This document shows, piece after piece, positions 1 to 11,757 of a DNA stretch of 64,000 nt; the stretch's first letter is position 1, and every line of letters starts with the position of its first letter. Below the pieces are notes generated by a model that saw only the letters and a list, made by a program, of their open reading frames with translations, did not search any database and had not been told where the DNA came from. Position numbers and translations under genes: made by a program. Origin of the DNA: Octopus sinensis (lineage: Eukaryota); the NCBI RefSeq assembly GCF_006345805.1, contig NC_043003.1, forward strand, positions 84,568,001-84,632,000. The letters run 5' to 3'.

Positions 1-292
1 TGTGTGTGGATAGACAGACAGATAGACAGATGGATAGACAGATAGACAGATGGATAGATAGATAGATAGACAGATGGATAGATAGACAGATGGATAGATA
101 GATAGATAGACAGATGGATAGATTGATAGATAGACAGACGGATGGATAGATAGATAGAGAGATAGACAGACAGATAGATAGAGAGATGGATAGACAGACA
201 GACAGATAGATAGAGAGATGGATAGACAGACAGATAGATAGATAAATAGATAGATAGACAGACAGACAGATAGACAGACAGATAGACAGATA
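1..292. repeat. (GATA)n/(GACA)n compound microsatellite
   Basis: Direct reading of tetranucleotide units. Confidence 0.95.
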
Positions 293-793
293 AATTTGTT
301 TCTACGCATGGTTCTGTATGAAAATTAACGTATTTTCTTGTTACAAAAACTGATGTACATTAAATAAACAATTGCGTTGATATATAAAAATAGCAACCAA
401 CAATACGACGATGAAGACCAATAAAGGAGAACATGAACCACAACTTGAAGATTTAAGGGAAGAACGATGGACTCAAATATAAGCAAAATAGTTTGAAAGG
501 CTAACACAATGAACAAAACAGGATCGGGTTTCATTGTTGAAAGGGATCAAATTGTAAGCGTGTAGCCGGGTAGGTTAACTGTGACGGGCACTAGCATGGA
601 TAGCTAACTGGAAGATCTTAGTAATGATATAGGTAAAAATATGACAGTATCATCATGTTTCACACAACTCGCTGAATGCGGAACGTTGTTTTTATTGATA
701 TATGCGTATAAGACAACTACATGTAACGCATACATACACATTGCTATGCCTTATCATATAGACTGTTTTGTGTAAATCAGTATTTTATATATA

Positions 794-831
<38 letters not shown>

Positions 832-842
832 TATATATATAT

Positions 843-983
843 CAGGAAGCTTCCTGATGATTTCTTTTGAATGAAACAGTTCTAGTCCTGTAGAAGCTCC
901 TTCTATAAAATAAATTAATTTACTCTGCTATGTATTGAGTACCTTATTTACTGTGGTTAACCCCGACTCAACCCGGGACCTAC
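843..983 (+). mobile_element. Penelope-like element terminal-repeat (pLTR) remnant carrying a hammerhead
   Basis: About 140 bp of unique sequence between two (TA)n tracts, containing a complete hammerhead fold; PLE pLTRs are known to carry type I hammerheads. Confidence 0.6.
845..901 (+). ncRNA. Type I hammerhead ribozyme (canonical C3-G8 core, GUA cleavage triplet)
   Basis: CUGAUGA 854-860; stem II UUC/GAA with UUUU loop; GAAAC 873-877; stem III ACAG/CUGU; GUA 890-892; stem I AGCUUC 848-853 pairs with GAAGCU 893-898. Confidence 0.8.
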
Positions 984-1883
984 ATATATATATATATATA
1001 AATTAAACATAGTGTAGGGGAATGCCCCAAGTATATAGCATTGTTAATAATCACTTTAATTGGCGCTGGCGATACCTTTTCGGCGGAGCTTTGAAATAGC
1101 TATACTTCGAAGTCCCACACTTCATTGGAAAGGAAAAGGGACAGAGATGAAGGGCAAAAAATTGTTCACTAAGAAAAAAATTCAAATTTTGCAAAAGATA
1201 TTGCTCAGAATCATAATTTCCCTTGAATGAAACACAGGAATACTAACAAATGAAGGAGTGAGTGGGAAAGTTACTCTTTCTCTTTACCACGAGGTATGGG
1301 ACTTCGATCGGCAACTATTGCAAAATTGCGTCCATGTAAATTGAAAATAATGGTTTCTAATTTAGACTGAACATTTTGGACGAAACTCGTGTAACCTATT
1401 AGATCGATCCAAGTAATTTAGCTAGCACATATCAATTGAAGAAGTAAAACAGACAAAAATCAATCCTGGGCAGGATTTGAACTGACGGTGTAAAAGAGAA
1501 TACCTTACAGACTACCACGATAGTTTTGTCCACCACTCTACCAGTTGAACCAAATGAGGTAGAAAACGACCGTAACACAACACCAGAAAGTAGAGAAAGG
1601 AATTTGTTAATGAGAGTACAGTATTGTTGTAGTTAAAGAGCACGAAACACTCTAAGAAATAGCTAATGAAAGAACCTAATTAATAAGGCAGAAGAAGAGG
1701 TTCTAATTTCTCAATCAGTGTGTTTGTCTTATATACTTTATACAAACACTATAGCGTGTGCCACTCCATATACATACACGAGTGTGCGCCACTCTATACA
1801 TACACACTATAATATGTGTGCGTGTGTATGTTTATATAAATACACTACAGTCTATGCCTCTATATTTATATACACGCTATTTC

Positions 1884-1915
<32 letters not shown>

Positions 1916-3435
1916 ATCTTTCAGCTAGGAGGCTGAAAACATGCTGGTTACAACACACACGAAAACATGGATATGAAACAACAGTGTGTGATAGAAAGAA
2001 GAGAGAAAGTGAAGCACAAATGAAAATTTACCAGATCAAAAGCAAAATATAAACAAAAGCTACACTTTAAAATAAATTTCAGTGCAGATGTGAATAAGAA
2101 AATAATATAGACAATAATAATAATAATAATAATCAGAATAACAAATAATGAATGGAAAATAAAATAACAATATCAAAACAAAAAATGGACCCCAAAAAAT
2201 GCAAATAAATAAATAAATAAAACCAATTGAACAACAATAACGACAAGGAGTGTAGTGAAAAAAATCAAATCGAATATATGATGAAATCTTAACTATATAT
2301 TAAAGGAAAGGGTATATGTGTAAAACAGGTTGAGAAATTTGGGACAAAAATATCGATGATCGCATGCGAAACCCCAAATGAACTGTCAACTCAAGCAGTT
2401 ATAATTTATATAACGTGTGTGTGTATGTATGCAGGTATGAGTGTGTGTATATGTATACTAGAGGCATGAGCAAACGAATGTACGGCCCATACACTTTGGC
2501 GCATTATTTCTCTACATATCTAATTTTCCATGTTTATTTACACACATCATGTATAGTATATATAACTATATATATAACTATATATATGTACATATACTCT
2601 GACATTAAATAATATGAAATAATATTATATATTTGCTTTAGGCTAAGATCTAAGTTTACCTTCACGTCGTAATAAATGAGCCGTACAAACCGTGGTGTAC
2701 CAATACATATATTACACATATACACACATAATGGGACGCGTATGTGCGTGTGTGTGTGTGTGCGTCTTACTGTTGTAAGTGTTTATGGTTGTGTATATTT
2801 GTTAGAGTGAACAGATTTGTAGGTCATATTATTCACTTACCTGCCATAGTTAAGTCTCGAGTTGTTTGTTTGTAGAAAGAGAAAGGTAACTTGTATTGCC
2901 GGTGGTAAATATATCAAGTAATAAAAAGAAAATAAGCAAAAATCCGCTGACGGCGAAGATGACTGTATCTTTTTTTTTCTTCTTCTTTTAGTTATAAATT
3001 ATTTTGATTCAATTTAGTTAAGTATTTTCTCTTTTAACTAGATATGTTTAAATTCCCTCAAATTCGTGTGAAATAACTTTATAACAATTGACAATATATA
3101 GTTGTTACGTTTTTCCCTCCCTTCGAAAGTGTTGTTCGATATCTCAGATTTGTGTTTATATAGACGTATAACTCCGTCAGATATAAAATAATTTGTTGGA
3201 ATTTTTTTTCCACAATACTTTTTTAATTATCAATTGATGGTATTGTAACTGTTGTTAGTCTAGTTGTTGTTGTTGTTATTCCCACTATTCTTGCAAATAG
3301 TTACGACTCGATTGTATCACTCGACTCGATTAGAAACAACACACCAGTGCAACTAAAACACGAAACACAAAAACATATGATACATATATGTATACATATA
3401 AAGTATATATATATCTATATATACATATATTTATA

Positions 3436-3478
<43 letters not shown>

Positions 3479-3907
3479 TTGATGCTTAGCGAGCAACTAG
3501 TTTGACGTACCAAGCAACTGTTTAATCATAGCAGTAGCAGAGAGAGAGAGAGAAACAGAGATAGAAAGAGGGGGAGAGAGAGAGGAATAACAACAAAGAA
3601 TGGCTGGTACGTTGGTGGTGGTGGAAGTAGTAGTAATCATAGTAGAGTCAATGGCAGGGTAAGGTAAGAGATGCGAGAAGAGAGGCACTTGAGTATTACC
3701 GAATAGAGCAAAACTAAGGAAGTTACTTATGGTTATCATTATCGGCAGAAACGCGAGGGTGTCGGACAAAATGCCTTACGGTACTTACTCTGGTTCTTTT
3801 ACACCTATAAGATCAAATCTTGGCAAGTCAACTTTGCTCGATAAACTAAATACCCGACAAGTACTAGGGTCGATCTAATTGACTGCTTTATTCGTTTTGT
3901 GCCTTAA

Positions 3908-4416
3908 CGCCATTTAGTTATGACGTTCTGAGTTCAGATCCCGCGGAAGTCTACTTCGTCTTTCAATCCTTTTGGGTCGATAAAATAAAGTATCTGTCAA
4001 GTATTGGGGTGGAGGCGCAATGGCCCGGTGGTTAGGACTCGCGGGTGAAGGATCGCGGTTTCGATTCCCAGACCGGGCGTTGTGTGTGTTTATTGAGCGA
4101 AAACACCTAAAAGCTCCATGATGCTCCGGCAGGGGGTGGTAGCGACGACCCCTGTTGTACTCTTTCGCCACAACTTTCTCTCACTCTCTCTTCCTGTTTC
4201 TTGAGTAACGATGCGATGGACTGGCGTCCCGTCCAGCTGGGGGGGGGGGAACACATACGCGACAGAAACCGGGAAACTGGGCCCATGAGCATGACTAGGC
4301 TTGAAAAAGGGCGACGTTTATCGTTTTATCGTATCAAGTATTGGGGTAGGGGGTCGATATCATCGATTGGAGTCCCCCCCTCTCAAAATTGCTGGCTTTG
4401 TGCCAAAACCAGAATC
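3908..4416 (+). mobile_element. tRNA-derived SINE family C copy, interrupted by a family B SINE
   Basis: B-box-like GAGTTCAGATCC and core TTTGGGTCGATAAAATAAAGTA; the sequence resumes after 4347 with GGGGGTCGAT...CCCCCTCTCAAAATTGCTGGC. Confidence 0.75.
4011..4333 (+). mobile_element. tRNA-derived SINE family B, tail type 1
   Basis: A-box GGCGCAATGGCCCGGTGGTTAGG and B-box GGTTTCGATTCCC; 14-bp TSD TCAAGTATTGGGGT at 3997-4010 and 4334-4347. Confidence 0.85.
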
Positions 4417-4741
4417 AGTTATTATTATTGTTGTTATTGCTGAGGATTGTTGATTCGCAAACTCGTTGACGTCGAACATTTTTTTCTGGTAGTTAGATGC
4501 GTTCGTCTACGTTCTGAGTTCAAATCACACCGATGAAAAAACATTGCCTTTTCTCCTTTCGGGTCGATAAATTAAAGTACCAACCAAGTACTTGGGTCGA
4601 TTCAACCGAGTTCACTTCTACCCCTATCCACATTGCAAGCATTGTGCCTATGTTACAAACAATTATAATTGTTATTGGTGTTTAACCCCAGGTTAGTCCT
4701 GATCATGTAGTCCTATGATCATAAGTACTCCAACCATGACC

Positions 4742-4961
4742 ATCCTGCTTTTTCTTGTAGCAGGAAACCGGGACTACATTATCCAATGCGTCCGTTTTTT
4801 TAAAGACGGTAATATGTGATTTAAGGGAGATTTAGCTGCTATTTTTAGCATATCCTGCTTTTTCTTGTAGCAGGAAACCGAGACTACATTATCCAATGCG
4901 TCCGTTTTTTTTAAGACGGTAATATGTGATTTAAGGGAGATTTAGCTGCTATTTTTAGCAT
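4742..4961. repeat. Tandem duplication of a 110-bp unit inside a family F interspersed repeat
   Basis: 4742-4851 and 4852-4961 are near-identical; related sequence occurs at about 5180-5240, 5880-6010, 12905-13010 and 55660-55850. Confidence 0.85.
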
Positions 4962-5389
4962 GTGGAATGACTACGCAGCTACTCTCTCGCTGACTCGCTG
5001 TCTGGTAGTGAGTGATGTCGTTTTGTCCTATGTCAGCTATGACTGAATAAGCCTATACACAAAGCTATTCCATCCGTGTCCGTCTGTGTCCATCCATATC
5101 CATTCGTGTCCATCCATATCCATTCAGTTTCTACAGAGTCCGGCGTGTGCTCTTTTAATAAAGTGTACTCTTTTAATCGCCATTTGTCGGAGATTTGGCT
5201 GCTGTTTCTAGTACGTCGAACAACTACGTAGAGCCACCCCAGGAGAACGAGGGGGAAATACCCATAGATAAGCTGAATTTGCCATAGTTTCGAAACCACT
5301 TCATTTGGCTTATATTAATATCACACAATCTTTTTTTTTTCAAAGGGCGAATCCTCTAAATAGTTGTTAGGCTTGCAAGAAATAATATA

Positions 5390-5393
<4 letters not shown>

Positions 5394-5449
<56 letters not shown>

Positions 5450-5486
5450 TCTCTCTCTCTCTCTCTCTATCTCTCACTCACTCACT

Positions 5487-5550
<64 letters not shown>
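5394..5550. repeat. (CT)n microsatellite
   Basis: Direct reading. Confidence 0.95.
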
Positions 5551-5730
5551 TCCTGTCTCTGCATCTCTCAAATCAAACCTTACTATCTTAAGAGTGTAGT
5601 CATAAAACTAAATTTGAAAAGAATAAGGTAGGATGGCCTCTGTCGGAACGCCATTAATTACTGGTCTGTTCAACCTCATGCTAAAAAACACCAATGTTTG
5701 TGGCCTTGACAAGAGAAGGGAATTTCATTC

Positions 5731-5875
5731 CAGTCATGGACAAACCGCAGCCCGCGGGACTTTCGAACCCGGACTAGCACACTTGAATGAAAAATTACCT
5801 CGAAAGTTTATAAAAATATAGCCCATGTGCTATGTCCCACGCAGCCCGCTTCTCGAAAAAAGTTGCTCATGCCTG
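5731..5875. mobile_element. hAT-like MITE remnant
   Basis: Imperfect terminal inverted ends CAGTCATGGACAAAC... and ...AGTTGCTCATGCCTG with internal GCAGCCCGC motifs; no TSD seen. Confidence 0.45.
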
Positions 5876-6240
5876 AATGCGGTCGCTCAGTCGGCTAGAA
5901 ATAGTAGCCTAAAATAGGCGGTATAACGTAATCCTTGTTGTATTACGTCTCGATGGTTACAGTTAAATGCCATTAATTATAAATCATGGACAATCTGGGG
6001 TTGAACAAGGACAATTTGTAAAATCGTGCCGCTGAGCAACGTGAGATGAAATGTTTTGCTCAAGAAAACAACTCACTACCCAAGCCAGGAATTGAAACCG
6101 CTATCTCGCGAGCAACACCATAATCATTAGTCCATGCGTCCTCGACGATCAGTGAAATCAAACGCTACTTAAATACTTAGATTGACGTAATCAGCCAATC
6201 CCCACCCCTCAAAACTGTTGACCTTGTGCCTAAATTATCA

Positions 6241-6820
6241 TAAAGCGGGGAATAAGCAGAATTATTAGAGCGTTGGACAAAATGCTTTGCAGCATTTCTT
6301 CCTCATCTACGTTTTAACTTCAAATCCTGCTAAGGTCAGCTTTGCCTTTCTTCTTTACGGGGTCGATGAAAATAAAGTACCAGTCAAGTACTGGAGTCGG
6401 TATAGTCAACTGTTCTCGTCTTCCGAATCCCATGCATTGTATTTGTGTTAAAAACAATTAGAGGGTGTTCTGAATTTAAACCCTACGATGGTAACTCTAT
6501 CTTTTCTGGATCGATAAAATGAAGCACCAATCAAGTACTAGATCGATTTAATTAACTGTGGCCTATCCACAAGTTTCAGGCCTTGTTCCTAACTTCGAAA
6601 CAATAATGTGGGGTGGACTGGCAGAATCGTTAGACGTCGGTTACGAAAAATGCTTTTCCGTGTTTATTTGGGGTCTTTATGTACTGAGTTCAAATTCTCT
6701 CATGTCCTTCATTCCTCTGGCACCGATGAAATAAAGTACCAATCAAGACTGAGATCAATATAATCAACTGCTCTTCTCTCCACAGATTTCAGAACACAGG
6801 TTCATGTCAGATACAATTAT
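6241..6820 (+). mobile_element. Cluster of three degenerate family C SINEs
   Basis: Repeated GGTCGAT(G/A)AAATAAAGTACCA.TCAAG(T)ACT core at about 6360, 6510 and 6725. Confidence 0.7.
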
Positions 6821-7466
6821 TAAGACAGTGAGGGCAGTGAGAGGCAGAATCTCTAAATACTTCACATACTTAATACACCTCTTTTTTGGAAGTCAATTTC
6901 AAAGACCCTTTTTCAAAATGCGTAGCTCTGTAGCTTTATGAGTAAGATATCAGGGTGATATTGAGCGACGAATTTTCAAGTTAAAGTTATCTGACTTCAT
7001 TGTCATTGAGAATAATCTAGGAAGTATATACAAGGTACAAAATTCTTAACCCATGAAGCGTTTGGATTTACACTTACATAGCATGGACTGCCGAGCAACC
7101 ATGCACAAATAAAAAACAAAAAAATAGTTAAAATATCTTCTTAGTATATAATGGTGGCAAGTTTTAAATAATCGGAAAAGTCATTAGTTGTACTATTAGC
7201 CCTCTTACATTCTGGGGGTGGGGGGTTTGGAGCGTTTGAGTGACATCAGACCCCAACAAACGCCCATAAATTAAATGCATCTATCTGGGCAATGATCGTG
7301 GCCTGTTGACCTGTACCTGACTGCAACGATCGTAGCTCGTCGCTCTTTATGTGTTAACTTCTCTCCTCCCCACAAAATATTGAACCGTGTTCTGATTCAG
7401 ATGAAATCATTATTACTCAGAGGTCGGAGATTTTTATATTGATTTCACTTCTGCTCCTAATAATAT

Positions 7467-7614
7467 GTATTTCTTTATTGCCCACAAGGGGACAAACATA
7501 GAGGGGATAAACAAGGACAGACAAAGAGATTAAGTCGATTACATCGACTCCAGTGCGTAACAGGTACTTATTTAACCGACCCCGAAAGGATGAAAGGCAA
7601 AGACCTCGGCAGAA
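7467..7614 (-). mobile_element. 5'-truncated family C SINE
   Basis: Family C core and tail; 18-bp TSD TTCTGCTCCTAATA(A/G)TAT at 7449-7466 and 7615-7632 with one mismatch. Confidence 0.85.
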
Positions 7615-8460
7615 TTCTGCTCCTAATAGTATTAAGTAAGGAATGAAAGTAACATTATGTTGTAATGAAACCTCTACTTTTTGGCCACTCATCAAGTATG
7701 ACGTAGCCAATATTATTCATAAAAACATAGATTCTGCAACATAGTTTCGATTCTTTGTTGTAGATATTCCATTTCATCTTCATAACCCGATACCTTCTAG
7801 TCGTGTATGAAACCCTCATTTCCTTGGGAAATTAATGAAGATAATTATGTTCTCCTTTCTTTCTTTCATCTTTTCCTTTTTAATTGCTTAATCATAACAG
7901 GAGGGTAGCGCTCGTAACCCACTTTTAGGGTCTCAGACTAGAGACCTGGCCCAAATACTCGCCACACAGTGAACTTCGTAGAAGTCAGATGGTGAGATTA
8001 AACCAAAAGACGGACTAAGCATACGACTCAAAATTGTCTTCTGGTTATGACGAAAAAGTATAATTGACAAGATTAAGGAATCTAAGTGAATAACAGCAGA
8101 ACATGTTTTTTTTTTACAGCAGCTATATACTCATCAACATTTTTAAGTACCACTTAAAGAGAGAGGTGAAAGTGGAGAGCTTGGCCTGAATGACTGAGCC
8201 TGTTTTGAATATACATATATAGGTCATGGGCGAAATCTTGGAAGATAGCATTTGCCTTCGGTAGTCAGAGTAATTTGGGGACTTGTATGGTGTGCATTGA
8301 TTTAAACGCTAGATTGTTGTATAGTTTCTTGATGAAAGAGTTTAAGGAAGACTTGTTAGGATGTAACAGAACCTTCCATTTGAGATCTCTATTCTTGTTT
8401 AACTTTTTAACGTTCTCTTTCTTGTAATAATACTAAAGTCCAGAAGAAGATTTTCGAGAG

Positions 8461-8495
<35 letters not shown>

Positions 8496-8654
8496 TGAGA
8501 AAGTTGGTGTGTGAAAGCACGTGGTTGGATATATAGAAAATAGTAAAAAGTGAAAAAATTACAGAAGGCTTGTTTTATAAGGTTAAAGAATATATTTGAG
8601 TCATTATGTTGGAAGAATGTTATAAAATTTTTTCATACAGTAACATAGTTTTTG

Positions 8655-8693
8655 AAGAAATTACCGGTTTCGTGTTAACTTTTCAAATTTCTC
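8655..8693 (-). ncRNA. Minimal type I hammerhead, U3-A8 variant (mirror copy)
   Basis: Exact reverse complement of 8758-8796. Confidence 0.6.
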
Positions 8694-8757
8694 AAGTGTC
8701 TTTACCTACATCGTGTTATGTCTTCGAAAACATAACACGATGTAGGTAAAGACACTT

Positions 8758-8796
8758 GAGAAATTTGAAAAGTTAACACGAAACCGGTAATTTCTT
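8758..8796 (+). ncRNA. Minimal type I hammerhead, U3-A8 variant
   Basis: GAGAAAU-UUGAAAA-GUUAACAC-GAAAC-CG-GUA-AUUUCUU: stem I 7 bp, stem II 2 bp, palindromic ACCGGU stem III. Confidence 0.6.
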
Positions 8797-9210
8797 CAAA
8801 AACTATGTTACTGTATGAAAAAATTTTATAACATTCTTCCAACATAATGACTCAAATATATTCTTTAACCTTATAAAACAAGCCTTCTGTAGTTTTTTCA
8901 CTTTTTACTATTTTCTATATATATATATATATATATAATTAATAATATCAGGGTAATAAAGATTTTAGAAATTTTTACTACCAGTGGCCTAGCGTATATA
9001 AAAATTAGTCAGTAGACTATATATTATTCATATATATAAATACAGTGTACAAAAGTCAGAAATCATGTTCCAGGAGATAGATGGTAAATGTTTTTTATTT
9101 TTCATTCCCTTCGAAGTTTTATCCCAAATAGTGGTTTGGACTTTGGCTGTTCCTACTAGCGTGCCAGGAATTCTATGACGGATACCTCTTATGTGTTTAA
9201 ATGAACACTG

Positions 9211-9249
<39 letters not shown>

Positions 9250-9806
9250 GCATTTGGCTATTTCTTGTAGACAAAGGATCAAAGAGGCCGTCTCTTTAGC
9301 GTGACGTAGTAACTATAGATGCTTGTGGGAATTTCCTGGTCTAATAATATAAGAGAATGAACGAAAAGAGAAATGAACGAGCATATCGCAATGAATTACT
9401 GGCGAAATTTCCTTTTATTGATGTGTGGTTTCAAATGAATCACAACCACACCCGAACGGCTCAATCGTTACACAGCGAAAGCTTTGTGCATTGGCGAATG
9501 TAAGTCAGTACTCATATTCATACTCATACTCATGCAAATTATGCGTATGGCTGTGAAGTTCCATATTCCTATATATAAGTATGTATGTGTCAGTCTCTAT
9601 ACTTATATATATATATATGCGTATGTGAGTATACTCATACATAGGCATGAATGTGTGAGTATATATTACTCATACAAATTATGCATATGTGTACCCGTAT
9701 GTATGTATGTATGTATGTATGTATGTATGTATGTATGCATGTGTGGGTATATATATTCATATATATTATGTGCCGTACTGATATGATTTTTCAAAGCTAA
9801 AAGAGT

Positions 9807-10026
9807 TACTCTTTTACTTGTTTCAGTCATCTGACTGCGGCCATACTGGAGCACCGCCTTTAGTCGAGCAAATCGGCCCCAGGACTTATTCTTTGTAAGC
9901 CTAGTACTTATTCTATCGGTCTCTTTTGCCGAACCGCTAAGTTACACGGCGAAAACACACCAACATCGATTGTCAAGCGATAGCGGGAGGTCAAACACAG
10001 ACGCACAAATATATACACACAGATAC

Positions 10027-10080
<54 letters not shown>

Positions 10081-10247
10081 GTATATTCGACGGGCTTCCT
10101 TCAGTTTCCATCTACCAAATCCACTCACAAGTCTTTGGTCGGCCCGAGGCTATAATAGAAGACACTTGCCCAAGGTGCCACGCAGTGGGAGTGAACCCGG
10201 AACCATGTGGTTGGTAAGCAAGTCACTTACCACACAGCCACTCCTGC
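9807..10247 (-). mobile_element. Full-length tRNA-derived SINE family A with internal (TA)n
   Basis: Head GGAGTGGCTGTGTGGTAAG...GGGTTCACTCCC, CORE-like CCTTGGGCAAGTGTCTT, and tail ...GACTGAAACAAGTAAAAG on the minus strand. Confidence 0.9.
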
Positions 10248-11192
10248 GGATTTTAATGACATGCTATTTTTTACTGAATTAAAAGGATGACAGGATTAAC
10301 TTTACTCTTCATTCCACAAGGTTAATTTGGATTGTTAAAATAAGTGCCAGTTAAATACGAGGGACATTAATTCCTCTCCTAAAATTTTCCGAAGTTATAT
10401 CAACATTAGAAATCATTAATTCTATCACAAGTTGACAAGATGATAGAAGCAGAAAAGTGCTGTAATTTTCGATAATTTGGCCTGAGTGGGAAAGGCCTGG
10501 GCCCATAGCCAACTCTGGCCCTCCTGGATGGTCGATATTAACGGGGTTAGTTTTTTTCCTTTGACGGCTTCAACTTTGACGGTTTGATGGCTAGAAAGGC
10601 AATTCCAGATGGCTAATATTCTGGGAAGGAAGAGATGGGGAGAAATTAGTTAGTGCAATGCCTGTGGGTCACAATATGTAGATCGGAAAAGGGGGAAGTA
10701 AACTCGGTTTAGTGGTTCTCAGTTTTGGTAAGAAATAAGGTGCTTGGTAATTTTCAGCCACGTTCCGAGTTTAAACAAAAAGATTAGCTATCCTACATAC
10801 ATACAAACATACATACAAACATACATACATACATACAAACATACAAACATACATACATACATATACATACATACATACATACATACATACATACATACAT
10901 ACATACACACACATATACAAACATAAGTTTTATCTTTTTAATTATTTTTTTTTATTTCTTTAACCTCTAAGCACATCATATCTGTCAATTATATTAAAAG
11001 AAGGTAAATAAGTAACACCTTGTAAGTTTGTTCCGATTATATCTAAAAGTACATTTTTGATTAAATGACAGGATTTCAAAAAACTTCTTTTTTTTTCTAA
11101 TTCCTTGCTTGTGCTAAGTGTTCTAACATAATGTTTTTAAATATGCTGACTTACACCGTGGAATTTCCATGTGTCCCGCTTCTAGTAATAAT

Positions 11193-11393
11193 TGTTTCTA
11201 CGATAGGCACAAGGCCCGAAATTTTGGGAGAAGGGTGCTAGTCGATTACATCTACCACAGTACCCGACCGGTTCTTATTTTATGGACCCCCGAAAGAATG
11301 AAAAACAAAATCGACCTCGGCGGAATTTGAAGTCAAAACGTAAAACCAGAAGAAATCTGCCAGGCGTGATAACGGCCCTATCAGCTCGCCATT
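11193..11393 (-). mobile_element. Family C SINE
   Basis: Matches the other family C copies, including the AAATTCCGCCGAGGTCGA core. Confidence 0.75.
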
Positions 11394-11409
11394 TTACTAA
11401 TAAAATAAC

Positions 11410-11449
<40 letters not shown>

Positions 11450-11549
11450 TTATGAAGATGATGATGACGACGACGATAATGAGGATAATGACGACAACGA
11501 CGATGATGATGATGATGACGACGACGACGACGACAATGATAATGATGAC

Positions 11550-11584
<35 letters not shown>

Positions 11585-11614
11585 CGACGATGACGATGAT
11601 GATGATGATGACGA

Positions 11615-11671
<57 letters not shown>

Positions 11672-11692
11672 TGATGATGATGATGATGATGA
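11410..11692. repeat. (GAT)n/(GAC)n compound trinucleotide array
   Basis: Direct reading; source of the poly-M/T ORF. Confidence 0.95.
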
Positions 11693-11757
11693 TTTCTTAT
11701 ATTAGCATAAATTCACGACTTTTAGGGAAGGTGAATTGATCCAATATATATGACGTT

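Larger units (their letters stand above)
8170..8922 (-). mobile_element. Probable 5' part of a Penelope-like element: inverted pLTR pair plus decayed ORF start
   Basis: Hammerhead-bearing palindrome followed on the minus strand by a mostly open, Lys/Asn-rich frame (YYYKKENVKKLNKNRDLKWKVLLHPNKSS...). No RT or GIY-YIG motif recognised. Confidence 0.4.
8529..8922. repeat. Near-perfect palindrome with arms of about 197 bp
   Basis: Centre TTCGAA at 8723-8728, no spacer; two mismatches found by eye. Confidence 0.95.

Noticed and set aside
325-534. 69-aa hydrophobic minus-strand ORF
   Set aside because: Likely the antisense shadow of purine-rich, possibly decayed plus-strand coding sequence; no motif or splice support.
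10480-10760. Possible CR1/L2 3' remnant on the minus strand
   Set aside because: Only a faint IWNCL-like motif; too degraded to call.
11452-11739. Poly-Met/Thr ORF (or poly-Asp in another frame)
   Set aside because: Pure GAT/GAC trinucleotide array with no flanking coding or splice evidence.
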